Shown: positions 10,622 to 20,542 of the stretch, piece by piece | Numbering within the stretch: the stretch's first letter is position 1 | How the letters are laid out: every line of letters starts with the position of its first letter | Assembly (NCBI GenBank): GCA_965246705.1 | Contig: CBDFFF010000001.1 | Location: 413,253 to 477,252, forward strand | Source: Abditibacterium sp. | GTDB lineage: Bacteria > Armatimonadota > Abditibacteriia > Abditibacteriales > Abditibacteriaceae | Reading direction: 5' to 3' | Length of the DNA: 64,000 nucleotides | Made by a program: the position numbers and the translations under genes | Notes under the pieces: generated by a model | The model's database searches: none | The model's input: the letters and a program-made list of their open reading frames with translations, nothing else | Told to the model about the DNA's origin: nothing

Positions 10622-10654
10622 AAAGAGCCGCACCCCCAAAGTGCGGCTCTTTTT
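10622..10654 (+). terminator. intrinsic terminator
   Basis: AAAGAGCCGCAC-loop-GTGCGGCTCTTTTT directly after the 10606 stop. Confidence 0.8.
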
Positions 10655-10725
10655 CGTCTTCGCACGAACCGCACACTACCAATGGCTCGTGAATTCTTAA
10701 AAAAATTGCGGATTCTCGGCCAAAA

Positions 10726-10736
10726 TGTTTAAACGC
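10726..10736. promoter_or_regulatory. candidate LacI-type operator TGTTTAAACGC
   Basis: Identical 11-mer at 50911-50921; both lie upstream of DUF1559 genes. Confidence 0.4.
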
Positions 10737-10955
10737 ACTACTCACAGGGGAATACTATCTCTACCAACCGCAAAAAGTGAAGGCATAAAGAGAGATCAAT
10801 GACAATTTTCGCGAGGTCACGACGTCAGTTGATTTAACGTTATCTCAACATGATTTTAGTGTCCGCCTTAAGGCGAATCTCAGGGAAATCGGCGCAAATC
10901 ACATCTGGGAAGCCTTGTATAAGCCTTCACAACGACTATCGCTATGGGAAATTTT

Positions 10956-11693
10956 ATGAACATTCGTTTTACAAACCGCAAAGGCTTTACCTTGATAGAA
11001 CTCTTGGTAGTCATCGCCATCATCGCGATTCTGGCCGCCATCCTCTTTCCCGTCTTCGCCCGTGCCCGCGAAAATGCCCGCCGTTCCAGTTGCATGAGCA
11101 ACCTCAAGCAAATCGGTCTCGGCATCATGCAGTACACCCAGGACTACGACGAGAAAATGCCCCGCGCTTGGTATGGCACCGGCCCCTTTGATAGTGGTAC
11201 CACAGCTTACTGGTGGCAGGATGCGACCACACCTTATCTGAAAAGCAATCAGATCTTCATCTGTCCAAGCGCCACTGGCGATCCTGCATCATATAGCCCA
11301 CGGGGAGGACGCTCCAACTGGGGCAGTTATGGCATGAATAGCGTCTACTGGAACGAAGCTCTGGGTATCCAGGCCCCGGCCAACAATGGAATGAGTCTGG
11401 CCGCTATTGAGTCTGTTGCCACCACGGTTGAAGCGAGCGATGGCAACGGCTCCTATCAGATTGCCTGGCGGGACAAGGCCGCCCAACCCCCTGTCTTGAC
11501 TTTAAGCAGTGGGCAAAGAGCAATGGGCATCAATGGAGCGACCGATAACGGTGAAGGTGCGGTCGTAGAGCGGCATCTGGAAACGACTAACATCCTGTTC
11601 TGCGATGGCCACGTCAAGTCAATGAAGCTCACTGCGTTGGCGGCTTTGAGCAGTGACGGCTACTACAAATACTTCACTCCTCGCGAAGATTAA
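10956..11693 (+). CDS. prepilin-type DUF1559 / H-X9-DG protein (copy 2)
   Basis: [38 protein letters not shown]; [16 protein letters not shown]. Confidence 0.92.
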   Translation: MNIRFTNRKGFTLIELLVVIAIIAILAAILFPVFARARENARRSSCMSNLKQIGLGIMQYTQDYDEKMPRAWYGTGPFDSGTTAYWWQDATTPYLKSNQIFICPSATGDPASYSPRGGRSNWGSYGMNSVYWNEALGIQAPANNGMSLAAIESVATTVEASDGNGSYQIAWRDKAAQPPVLTLSSGQRAMGINGATDNGEGAVVERHLETTNILFCDGHVKSMKLTALAALSSDGYYKYFTPRED

Positions 11694-11712
11694 TCCTGTT
11701 TGGCCCAGAATC

Positions 11713-11750
11713 AAAGAGCGGATGAACCAACTGGTTCATCCGCTCTTTTT
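11713..11750. terminator. bidirectional intrinsic terminator
   Basis: AAAGAGCGGATGAACCA-ACT-GGTTCATCCGCTCTTTTT hairpin between convergent genes. Confidence 0.8.
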
Positions 11751-11751
11751 G

Positions 11752-12753
11752 CTAACGTGGCACTTCGACCGCGCCCAAAATCGAGCGGATCACATCATCC
11801 GACTTCAGCCCTTCCATCTCGCTCTCAGCCCGCAACAGCAACCGATGGCGCAGCACCGGAGGCGCGACCGTTTTTACATCTTCGGGGATGATGTAATCGC
11901 GTCCGTTCATCGCCGCCAGCGCTTTCGAGCATCCCAAGAGCGCAATACCCGCGCGTGGCGAGGCGCCCAGAGTTAATGTCGCCAGATTGCGCGTCCTCTC
12001 CACAATCGAAAAAATGTAGCGAATCATCCCGTCGCTCACCTTCACGCTCTGCACCGTGCGTCGCGCCGCCAACAGTTCGTCGGGGGTGGCAATGGCCCTC
12101 ACGCCCGCCTGAGCCAAATCGTGCGCGTCGAACCCGGCATGAACCCGCTCCAACAACGCCATCTCCTCATCGGGACGCGGATAGCCGACCAGCACCTTCA
12201 TCACGAAGCGGTCAACTTGTGCTTCGGGCAGCGGGTAAGTGCCCTCATAATCAATCGGGTTTTGTGTCGCCAGCACCGTGAACAGCGGAGAAAGTTCGTG
12301 TCCTTCGCCATCAATTGTCACACGCCGTTCTTGCATCGCTTCTAGCAACGCCGCCTGTGTTTTGGGCGGGGTGCGGTTGATTTCGTCGGCCAGCAGAATG
12401 TCCGTGAAAATCGGCCCCTTTTTCAGGCTGAACTCCCCGGTGCGTGCATCGAAAACGCTGGTTCCCGTCACATCCGAAGGCATCAGGTCGGGCGTGAATT
12501 GAATGCGCTTGAATGTCGCATCGAGCGTGTGCGCGAGCGTCCGGCTGGACAGTGTTTTCGCGACCCCCGGCACCCCATCCAGCAGCACATGACCGCCGAC
12601 GAGTAGGGCAATCAGGAATTGTCCGATAAGTTCATCCTGTCCGACAACGGCCTTAGCCGTTTCTTCGCGAACTTTTTCGATGAGGTGTTGAACCGGGGCC
12701 ATTGCGCCCTCTTGAATTTCAGAAGTCATTGTATTTGAGAGGCCAGATTCCAC
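11752..12753 (-). CDS. MoxR family AAA+ ATPase
   Basis: LLDGVPGVAKT (Walker A), RIQFTPDLMPSD, LLADEINRTPPKTQAALLEAM and NPIDYEGTYPLPEAQVDRF. Start may be slightly downstream. Confidence 0.95.
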   Translation of the reverse strand: MESGLSNTMTSEIQEGAMAPVQHLIEKVREETAKAVVGQDELIGQFLIALLVGGHVLLDGVPGVAKTLSSRTLAHTLDATFKRIQFTPDLMPSDVTGTSVFDARTGEFSLKKGPIFTDILLADEINRTPPKTQAALLEAMQERRVTIDGEGHELSPLFTVLATQNPIDYEGTYPLPEAQVDRFVMKVLVGYPRPDEEMALLERVHAGFDAHDLAQAGVRAIATPDELLAARRTVQSVKVSDGMIRYIFSIVERTRNLATLTLGASPRAGIALLGCSKALAAMNGRDYIIPEDVKTVAPPVLRHRLLLRAESEMEGLKSDDVIRSILGAVEVPR

Positions 12754-12873
12754 AAGACGCAGGCCAGTTTTTAGAAATTTAAATCCAAAAAAGTGAGGAG
12801 AATACTTAGGGCAGCACCACTTCGGAACAGGTTCCGATTTCTAGCCTCCAGCCTCTAGAATCTAGCCTCTATC

Positions 12874-14106
12874 TTATCCCAACTGCTCCAAAATGCGCTC
12901 CATTTGCTGTGCGTCGCGTAGGGCTGAAGTTTCGTCGGTTGCCGGAGCGCGCGACGCGATGAGCGCTCGACTCAGCAAGTCGCGGTCAATGCCCGACATT
13001 TCGCTGGCTCTGGCCGCTAACATGTCGTCGCTATCACGCGGTGACATCCCTACTCGCCGTGCCAGACGCGTGCGAAACGAGTCGCCAATAATCTGCGCTG
13101 CCGCTTTGGGTCGGGTGGCCTTTAAAAACAGCCCCCCCATCGCGCGGGCAAAGCCCGATGCCCGTGTGACGGGTGCCGTCGAGGGCAGCGGCACCGCCGT
13201 CCCCAGACGGCGAGACACAAGGACGAGCGTGCCGAGCCCCACCAAAATCAGTTGCCACACCGCGAAAACGACGGGTTTCTGACGCAACCGGGCGGGCCAA
13301 TCGTCCGGGGTGGGCGCCACGAGGTCGTTGTTATGCTGGCGCTCATCGAAATAGGCTTTGCCCCCATTGGCGCTCGTCAAATGCACGCGCACCATGTTGG
13401 CAACTAAGGTCGCATTGGCCGGTTTCGAGAGGCCAAAATTGCACAGCATCCAGGCGTCGGGAAACACAAAAATATGTCCTTTGCCTTCATCCAACCGCAT
13501 CAGCGACCCCCCCGGCGCACTCGCAATTTGAAGCGTCCCGCGCGTCGCCAAAGGTGCCCCGCGCGAAGTGGACAGCGTTAAATTCGTGCCCGATGAGGAA
13601 GCCCCTGTAACTCCCTCGCGGTAATTGGCCACCGCATCCAGGTTCAATGGCACCATCTTCGGAAAGCCATTGGCGTCGAAACTGGGACTGCCAGTTCGCC
13701 CCGCTCCAATCTTTTCCTGGAGATGGTCAACTCCCGGATGGCTGGTCGAAGTCCCCCAGATCGGAGTGTCGCTATTGGGCGGCACCCAGAAGAGAACTCC
13801 GCCCTGGCGTACCCAGTCGAGCAGGGCATCCGCTTCGCGGTCAGAAAAAGTGGTCTGGTAATCGAGCAACAACCATACGCGCGCATCCGAGGGCATTTTT
13901 GACAGCGGAGCGTCCTGCACCTGCGTCGCATACCCCATATTCTCCATCACCAATCCCAGTGCGCGTCCTCCTCTGGGCGTGCTGTCATTCAAACGCGTCG
14001 AAGGCCACCATTCGCCGCCCTCATCGCGCGAAGCCAGTACCGCGATCACCAGGATGAACGCCACCAGAAGGCCAACGATGACTCTCGTGCGATTAATACG
14101 TTTCAT
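12874..14106 (-). CDS. DUF4350 domain membrane protein
   Basis: N-terminal TM; GGRALGLVMENMG; FDERQH; C-terminal TM followed by RRLG; position in MoxR operon. Confidence 0.75.
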   Translation of the reverse strand: MKRINRTRVIVGLLVAFILVIAVLASRDEGGEWWPSTRLNDSTPRGGRALGLVMENMGYATQVQDAPLSKMPSDARVWLLLDYQTTFSDREADALLDWVRQGGVLFWVPPNSDTPIWGTSTSHPGVDHLQEKIGAGRTGSPSFDANGFPKMVPLNLDAVANYREGVTGASSSGTNLTLSTSRGAPLATRGTLQIASAPGGSLMRLDEGKGHIFVFPDAWMLCNFGLSKPANATLVANMVRVHLTSANGGKAYFDERQHNNDLVAPTPDDWPARLRQKPVVFAVWQLILVGLGTLVLVSRRLGTAVPLPSTAPVTRASGFARAMGGLFLKATRPKAAAQIIGDSFRTRLARRVGMSPRDSDDMLAARASEMSGIDRDLLSRALIASRAPATDETSALRDAQQMERILEQLG

Positions 14107-15290
14107 CGTGCCACCGCCCGTCCGCCGACTTGGGTTTCAATCTGGTGTACGCCCGATTGAAACGAGTTCCAACCCTCTTCATCGCACGGGGCATCCCCAT
14201 AGCGCACGCGGTCAAAGGCGCGTGTAAGTTCCGAAAGTGGCGCCACAAGCGGGCGTTTCGTCTCGTCCTTCCGCAGCGTCGCGATATGCTCCCAGTTCGT
14301 GCGCCTCACATCATAACGCCATGTTCCCCGCGCATCGAGTAGCACCAGCAGCGATATGAACCGGTGTCGCAGCGCCTCACGGAAATTTCCTTGCGCCGCG
14401 AACTGGTCGGCTCGGTCGCGCAGCTCTTCGGGCGCCAGTTGAAACAGTGCCGCGTCTTCATCGCGTAGCTCGACATCCGACTTTTTCCGGCGTTTGCCCA
14501 ACCCCCAGAACGAGAACGAGCCTCCCGAAAGTGCCCGTGCCGCCAGAAACAGTAGCACCCCCAGCAAACTGAGCATAATTGCCCAGAACACGAACCACAG
14601 CCACGAAAGATCGGGCATTGTTCCCGATATCGGAGGCATTTTGGGCTTGGGCAACAGGCTAGCCAGCCACTTGAAGAAGTTACTAATGGCCGTCTCAAGT
14701 CCCTGCTTGATATTGCCAATGAATTGCTGGAGCGGTGGTGGCCCCACGCGAATCGCATTGCGCGCTATGGCATCATTCACGACTTTCTGCGCGTCCAGCG
14801 AACTATAATAGCCCCCTGCACGCGTCGTCGTCCAATCATCGAGAGCCACTATTCGCTTCTCTAATGCTCCTCGCAGTGCGCTCGTTTGCTCGCGCGATAA
14901 TTTCGACGCATCCGGCCCTGCGACCCCCGATAGCAGTCTGTCCCACTCGTCTCCCTTCACCGTCTGCGTTTTTCCATCGGCCCGCTTCACAATGAAGGGC
15001 GTGTCGAGCGGCTTGAGAATGTTCCGCACGTTGGTCGGCGGACGTTTCTCAACCTGTTTAATTTGATCGACCGCCCCTTGCAGTCGCGCTCGATAATTGG
15101 CGGCTGCAAGGGGCAGTGCGGTCGGACTGGGTGTTGGTGTTAAAAACGGCGTTGCCGTCGGAAGCGGCGTTCGCGTCGTCGTGGGTTTCGCCGTTCCTGT
15201 GGGAGCGACCGTGCCCGAAGGCAGCGCCGTTTGAGCGCGCGCCCACAGGCACGACCCGCACAGCAGCAATGCAACAAATAGCCGTTTCAT
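14103..15290 (-). CDS. DUF4129 domain protein
   Basis: Signal peptide, TM, then AAQGNFREALRHRFISLL...TNWEH...FDRVRYG motif; 4-nt overlaps with both neighbours. Confidence 0.8.
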   Translation of the reverse strand: MKRLFVALLLCGSCLWARAQTALPSGTVAPTGTAKPTTTRTPLPTATPFLTPTPSPTALPLAAANYRARLQGAVDQIKQVEKRPPTNVRNILKPLDTPFIVKRADGKTQTVKGDEWDRLLSGVAGPDASKLSREQTSALRGALEKRIVALDDWTTTRAGGYYSSLDAQKVVNDAIARNAIRVGPPPLQQFIGNIKQGLETAISNFFKWLASLLPKPKMPPISGTMPDLSWLWFVFWAIMLSLLGVLLFLAARALSGGSFSFWGLGKRRKKSDVELRDEDAALFQLAPEELRDRADQFAAQGNFREALRHRFISLLVLLDARGTWRYDVRRTNWEHIATLRKDETKRPLVAPLSELTRAFDRVRYGDAPCDEEGWNSFQSGVHQIETQVGGRAVAR

Positions 15291-16849
15291 CGCGCCCCAC
15301 CCCCAAACGACGACGGGTAATCCTCATCCTCGCTCGCCGCCCGCCGAAAGCGACGCGGCGCAAACGAGGAAGTCTCCGCAGGTGCTACTTTTACCTCAGG
15401 AACGGGTGGGGGCGCGGCAACCGCAGGTGTTTCCGGCGCCACCGGAATGGGAGGTGATTCAACTGGGACTGGCGGCGGCGCTATCTCATTCACCGGAACA
15501 CCAAACGTCGGCGCGACGTTCAACGGTACTGTCGTACCCTCAACGGGCACAGTGGGCGGCTCAGAAATAACTGGCTCCGGCTGGACGACAACTGGCGGCA
15601 TAGTCGGAGTCATCTCTGCGGGTGGCGAAGCGATTGCCTGAACTTCGATTGGCGCAGAGAAGGGGACAGTCGGAACGACTGGAGTGGGCGCGGTGTTCGG
15701 GGATGATTTTTCCGTCTCCATCTGCGACGCGAATGCAGCAAACGAATCAGGAGCCGCCTGACTGGGAGCGGAGCTTGTCGCCGCCACAACCTCACTGCTT
15801 TGTCCTTGTACGGACACGGGCGATTGCGCCACAGAAACAGGCGTCTGTGGTTGATTGGAAGTTGCGGTAGGCCCTTGAAACGACGAAGCCGATGTATAAG
15901 GCGCCCCGCCACTGGGGGGAGGAGTAGGCGAAAATGGGACGGCGGTAGCGCTTCGCTCTTGAACGGGCAGTGTTTCCGGTTTGGCGGCGTAGTTCGTCCA
16001 TTCCAAATCGAGCGCTTCCTTGCGGGTTCGCAAATCGAGGTAGAACACCGCCCCGACGACGGCTTGTAACGGCGTCCAGGCCACAAAAAACAGTGTGAAA
16101 AATCCCGAAACCGCCAGTCCCGATGCAAACGAGGTGTCAGCGCCGATGAATTTGTCCCATCCTCCGTAAAAGAAGAACATGATGAAGCCGAAAATGATGA
16201 GGAACGCCGCCAAACCCGCTAGAGCCAGAATGGTGGCCACCCCACAGGCTTTGCGCCAGTTGCCCGATAACAGCGAAAATGCCCGTGTTAGCGCGTTCGT
16301 TCCGCGGTTGGCATCTTCCAGACACGCGATAACTGGCGCCAGATTGAACCAGCCCATCACAACCGCCAACAAAAAAGACGCCCCTATCGTACCGCCGAGA
16401 ATCCCGATGATCCAGGCCACAATGGTCGCAAACCAGCCAAAATTGTAGGCCAGCGCAGCGAACAGGAGGACGATCAACGAGACGACGAACAGCAGCGCGA
16501 ACCCAACAAGGCTCATCAGAATCACCGCCAGAATGAGTACGCCCAGCAGCGCCCCGTAGCGCGGTTTGGTGAATCCCCATATCTGTTTGAAACTCACATT
16601 CTGGCCGCGCACAGCTCCCGCCACCACGCACGAAACCGCGCCAAACATCAGCGGCATCGTGAATATGTAGAATAGCCATCCCAAGATGGGAATGAGGTTG
16701 ATGAGGCTCGATAGCGCCGACCACGCCAGCAAAACCCCGGCATAGCGGCGAAACAGCTTGAAGGCCGTATCGAAAATTTCAAGCGTGCCCCGCGCTCGTA
16801 CAGGAAGCGGCGCATAAGGGGTAAGCGTGTCGGGTTGCGGTTGAGTCAT
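15287..16849 (-). CDS. polytopic membrane protein with long Pro-rich cytoplasmic tail
   Basis: About six TM segments; YLDLRTRKEALDL motif typical of the first gene of MoxR/DUF4129 clusters; ~230-aa P/V/A/S-rich tail. Confidence 0.75.
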   Translation of the reverse strand: MTQPQPDTLTPYAPLPVRARGTLEIFDTAFKLFRRYAGVLLAWSALSSLINLIPILGWLFYIFTMPLMFGAVSCVVAGAVRGQNVSFKQIWGFTKPRYGALLGVLILAVILMSLVGFALLFVVSLIVLLFAALAYNFGWFATIVAWIIGILGGTIGASFLLAVVMGWFNLAPVIACLEDANRGTNALTRAFSLLSGNWRKACGVATILALAGLAAFLIIFGFIMFFFYGGWDKFIGADTSFASGLAVSGFFTLFFVAWTPLQAVVGAVFYLDLRTRKEALDLEWTNYAAKPETLPVQERSATAVPFSPTPPPSGGAPYTSASSFQGPTATSNQPQTPVSVAQSPVSVQGQSSEVVAATSSAPSQAAPDSFAAFASQMETEKSSPNTAPTPVVPTVPFSAPIEVQAIASPPAEMTPTMPPVVVQPEPVISEPPTVPVEGTTVPLNVAPTFGVPVNEIAPPPVPVESPPIPVAPETPAVAAPPPVPEVKVAPAETSSFAPRRFRRAASEDEDYPSSFGGGAR

Positions 16850-16948
16850 GGGTGGAAGAAGAGGCTCCAGGGCAAGCGCACTATAAGCAGACGTTTAGCA
16901 CATTCGGATGACCACTTGATGTCAGCCCTCCCGAATTGAACGCATTTT

Positions 16949-18733
16949 CTACTCTTCGTCGAATCCGACGAACTTCAAAAAGCGGTTCCACATGTTCGGC
17001 TTTTCATCGGGAGTCTCTTTTTGATTAATCTCCTGCGGTGAAGGCTCTTCTTTAGCTCGTGAAACATCGCTCCTTGTGGCATCAATGCGCGGCATCAAAT
17101 CGCGCAGTCGCGCGCGCTGGGCTGCTAGCGCGTTATCTTGAACTTTGGGGACCTCTGCAATGGGCACAGGTGCAGCGGCTTCTTTAGTCTGCCCGTTGGC
17201 AGTGGGCGCAATTGGTATCTGAGGAGTGTTGCTCGCAGGCACATTCGCCGGCGTTTGTGGAACGCTCGCCGATGGAGTAACCGGAAGAGTCGCAGGAGCC
17301 GCTTCAGGTACGGGCACAGGTGTAGGCGGTGAAAAGTTCATGCGCGCCGGAAACTCCTCGCGCGCCGCCGACCGTTGCGGCGATTGCGGTGTGCTGGCAG
17401 TCGGGGCATTGCTTTGAATGGGAAGCGGAGGCGCGGGAACTGGCTCAGGAGTCAGCGAACGAGCCATCGTGACTCCCGGTGTTATTTGCCCCCACACGCG
17501 CCGCGCCTGAGGCAGCGCGATAGCCGAGGCCCTTTGCCGCGTCGCCCGCTTTTGTGCCAGCGCAAAACGACAAAGGCCAACAGCGGTTGAAAACTGGGGA
17601 GACGACACCGACTCGCTCCATCCCGAAAGTCCTTCGGGCACTCCCAGTCGCGCTGGCAATCCAAAAATTCGCTCGGCCAACTCGACGCTCCCCGGCAACA
17701 GTGCGCCCCCGCCCGACAGCACGAGGCCCGCCGGAACCATGCCCTTTAAGCCCCCATTCATCGCCATCGAAAGCGAAAGCTCGAACAATTCGCGCATGCG
17801 GGCTTCAATAATTTCACCCAGCAAAGCGCGCGGAATACGAAGTTTCGAGGCACCCCCGGCAGGTAGCACTTCCAGGGCTTCGCCGTGGGGAATCATGTCG
17901 CGCGTTGCCGCCCCCGACCCCACTTTCAACTTCTCGGCGAACTCGAATGGCGTCGAAAGCCCGATACTCAAATCGCGCGTGACGTGATTCCCTCCCACCG
18001 GAAGTGCCGCCGAATAAATCACGACCCCGTCCAGATAAGCGGCCAAATCGGTCGTCCCACCCCCAATATCCAAAACCAGCACGCCCATCTCGCGCTCGGC
18101 TCGCGTCGTTACGGCTTCGGCAGTCGCGAGTGGCTCCAACACCAACCCATCAGCGCGCACTCCCGCCCCGCTCAGACAACTGAGCGTATTGCGCAAGATC
18201 GAACTTTGGCCCGTCACGACATGGGCATCCACTTCGAGCCGTGTGCCCACCATACCCAATGGTGTTTTGATGCCGCGCTGTTCATCCACTGCAAAAGAAA
18301 GCGGCACAGAATGAATAATTTCGCGGTCGCGTCCAATTTCTAACAGCGCCGCCGAAAGCACCCTGTCTATATCAAAAAACGAAACCTGATTCCCGCGCGA
18401 AGCGACCGTCACGCTCCCCGTTCGATTTTGCGAAACGATGTGATCGCCCGTTACCCCCGCGACAACGCCTTCAATCTCAACGCCCGCCATGTGCGCGGCG
18501 CGCGCCACCGCTTCTTTGATGGCGGCCTGGGTATCGGGCACATCCACAACGACCCCTCGCCGCACGCCCTGCGAGGGCACGATGCCCACGCCCAGAATTT
18601 GAAGCGTCGGCTCACCCGCCGAGCCTTCCGCAGAAGAAATCTCATCACCTTCGCCCGCGACGAGCGCGCAAATTTTGGTTGTACCGATGTCGAGGCCCAC
18701 GACAACGGGCGGTGAAGAGAACGAGGGCGACAT
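16949..18733 (-). CDS. ftsA: cell division protein FtsA with long Pro-rich C-terminal linker
   Basis: VVGLDIGTTKI, LVLEPLATAEAV, LDIGGGTTD, VGGNHVTRDL, LSGGGALLPG and FSTAVGL motifs; terminal amphipathic helix MWNRFLKFVGF. Confidence 0.95.
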   Translation of the reverse strand: MSPSFSSPPVVVGLDIGTTKICALVAGEGDEISSAEGSAGEPTLQILGVGIVPSQGVRRGVVVDVPDTQAAIKEAVARAAHMAGVEIEGVVAGVTGDHIVSQNRTGSVTVASRGNQVSFFDIDRVLSAALLEIGRDREIIHSVPLSFAVDEQRGIKTPLGMVGTRLEVDAHVVTGQSSILRNTLSCLSGAGVRADGLVLEPLATAEAVTTRAEREMGVLVLDIGGGTTDLAAYLDGVVIYSAALPVGGNHVTRDLSIGLSTPFEFAEKLKVGSGAATRDMIPHGEALEVLPAGGASKLRIPRALLGEIIEARMRELFELSLSMAMNGGLKGMVPAGLVLSGGGALLPGSVELAERIFGLPARLGVPEGLSGWSESVSSPQFSTAVGLCRFALAQKRATRQRASAIALPQARRVWGQITPGVTMARSLTPEPVPAPPLPIQSNAPTASTPQSPQRSAAREEFPARMNFSPPTPVPVPEAAPATLPVTPSASVPQTPANVPASNTPQIPIAPTANGQTKEAAAPVPIAEVPKVQDNALAAQRARLRDLMPRIDATRSDVSRAKEEPSPQEINQKETPDEKPNMWNRFLKFVGFDEE

Positions 18734-18810
18734 AAGAGCGCGGAAAAGGGACGATCCATTTGGATGTCCCCTTCCATTTTAGCGCACCTGAGCGCCGCTT
18801 TTCGCTCTTT

Positions 18811-19236
18811 TCATTCTGCCCGCAGTGGCACCGCGCCAACGGCCTTCACGCCTCTGCGTGCGCGTAACCGTTCGATGACAATTCGACGTAGAGCCGCGAG
18901 GTTATTCAGGATGCGTCCAGAGAACAGCACGACCGCTCCAATCATCATCATCGAGATGCGTCCATCGCCAAATCCCGCCTCAAGTCCCAGCTGTTCGCCG
19001 AGAATAACTAACCCCACCGCGAGTAAAGCGTTCAGGAAAAAGCCCGAAATGAAAATGGTGTCGTCGAACTGGTCGGTCAGCCACGCGCGCACACCGCCTA
19101 ATACGGTGTCGAACCCCGCCAGTAGCGCGATAGCCGCATAGCGCGCGAACGTTTCGCTGGTAAACGAAAGTTCGCCTCCCAGCCCCCAGAACAAGCCAAA
19201 GCCAAGAATCAACGCGACAAAGGGAAGTAAAAACAT
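18811..19236 (-). CDS. DUF1290 / small basic protein (Sbp) family
   Basis: YAAIALLAGFDTVLGGVRA...FISGFFLNALLA...GRILNNLAALRR; conserved position upstream of ftsA. Confidence 0.85.
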   Translation of the reverse strand: MFLLPFVALILGFGLFWGLGGELSFTSETFARYAAIALLAGFDTVLGGVRAWLTDQFDDTIFISGFFLNALLAVGLVILGEQLGLEAGFGDGRISMMMIGAVVLFSGRILNNLAALRRIVIERLRARRGVKAVGAVPLRAE

Positions 19237-19260
19237 AAAATTACAAACTGATGCTCCACC

Positions 19261-19345
19261 GTGAAATGTCGTAGCGAAGTGGTCTTACCAGTCCCCCTCC
19301 TTTTCAAGGAGGGGTTAGGGGTGGTTCAGAAATCACTGAACCAGC
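19261..19345. repeat. dispersed ~85-bp repeat with CCCCTCCTT-TTC-AAGGAGGGG palindrome
   Basis: Its reverse complement aligns closely with 49625-49710. Confidence 0.75.
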
Positions 19346-19375
19346 CCTACGTCCTTCCTACGGCGCAGCGATTAT

Positions 19376-20263
19376 TTAAAGTCCCTTCGATTTATCCGTC
19401 GCTTCGGGCTGGGTCGTCGTGACATTGGCCGCAGAAACCCCTGATAACGACGAGTCGGCGGGCGGCAACGTCAAAGAATCTTGTTCCGTCACTTTCACAC
19501 CCACCGCGCCCTGTTCTCGTAGGTTCTCCACGATGCCTCCTGGCATCTCGATGGCCGATTGTAGTGTTTTCGCTTCGCCCACTGCTTCAATCGTGAATGG
19601 CGCGGCCACCGCGTTCCAGTTGATGAAAATAACCGGACCAACGCAGCGGATGGGAGTTGTGCCCGTCACACGAATGACTTTGCCACCGGCACCATGCACG
19701 GCAATGGCATCGGCTTTGGCGGCGCGCAGTTCGTTCACAACCTGTAACACGTCATAGTCGTGAACCAGACCCGGCAGGGGCAAAGAAGGATTGCCTCCAG
19801 CCGAAGCCGCCTGGGGATTGTCCGAAAGCACGATGCGGATGCCTTGGCCCGTCATGGGAGTCAGGCAAGCCTGAACTTGAAGACTCTTAATTTGGTCCGT
19901 CAGATTTTTGATCTGTGCTTCCGACAAACCACCTTTCGCCCTCAAATCAGTCACCAGGGCAACTAACTTCTTGCGCTCGCCCTCGGCCTTGAGCGCATTC
20001 GCCCGCGCATCCTGCTGAGATTTAATAGCGATTTGCTTTTGCAGCGCATCGCTTTTGGTTTTGTTATCACGCGATTTCTCCAGGTTCTTGATGCTCCGAA
20101 CCTGAACGGCGGCCAAAGCGCCAAAAATAAAACAGATTCCAGTAATGGTGCCCAGGAGCGAGCGGAGCGAACGGCGACGCGCGCGCACCTGACCAGAAGC
20201 GGTCGAAGTTTCGGGCACAGAATCGGACGAGGCTCGTGAAGAAGCCAGAGGCGAAGCATTCAT
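19376..20263 (-). CDS. DUF881 domain protein
   Basis: TM + coiled coil; GQGIRIVLSD, LVHDYDVLQVVNELRAAKADAIAV, IRCVGPVI and PFTIEAVGE motifs. Confidence 0.9.
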   Translation of the reverse strand: MNASPLASSRASSDSVPETSTASGQVRARRRSLRSLLGTITGICFIFGALAAVQVRSIKNLEKSRDNKTKSDALQKQIAIKSQQDARANALKAEGERKKLVALVTDLRAKGGLSEAQIKNLTDQIKSLQVQACLTPMTGQGIRIVLSDNPQAASAGGNPSLPLPGLVHDYDVLQVVNELRAAKADAIAVHGAGGKVIRVTGTTPIRCVGPVIFINWNAVAAPFTIEAVGEAKTLQSAIEMPGGIVENLREQGAVGVKVTEQDSLTLPPADSSLSGVSAANVTTTQPEATDKSKGL

Positions 20264-20447
20264 GGAAAAGGCACGCGAACGGACGCGACAAAAGATAGAA
20301 CACCCCCGTGCCTCCGCGTTTCCCCTGTTTTCCTTTCTCTTCGCTTTTCCTTATCTTTTGGACCATATTTCGCTTCAGTTGATGCCAAGATAATAACAAC
20401 GTGGTCATCCTGAGCCGTCCCCGCAGCATTCTGATTCAGAGTGAGGA

Positions 20448-20542
20448 TAGAGCAACTGCGTCATCCTGAGCTGCCAAGGATCTTTCCTACCAATTCGGAA
20501 ATCATCCCACTCCTGCCCTAATAGCAACTGAAAACCGCTCTA
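20448..20542 (+). mobile_element. MITE-like element, copy B
   Basis: TAGAGCAACTGCGTCATCCTGAGC...CAACTGAAAACCGCTCTA, with TAGAGC/GCTCTA inverted ends; the right end overlaps the ftsQ TAG stop. Confidence 0.65.

Noticed and set aside
16895-16921. TTAGCACAT as a CIRCE half-site
   Set aside because: No GAGTGCTAA-like partner 9 nt downstream, and it is not near a heat-shock gene.
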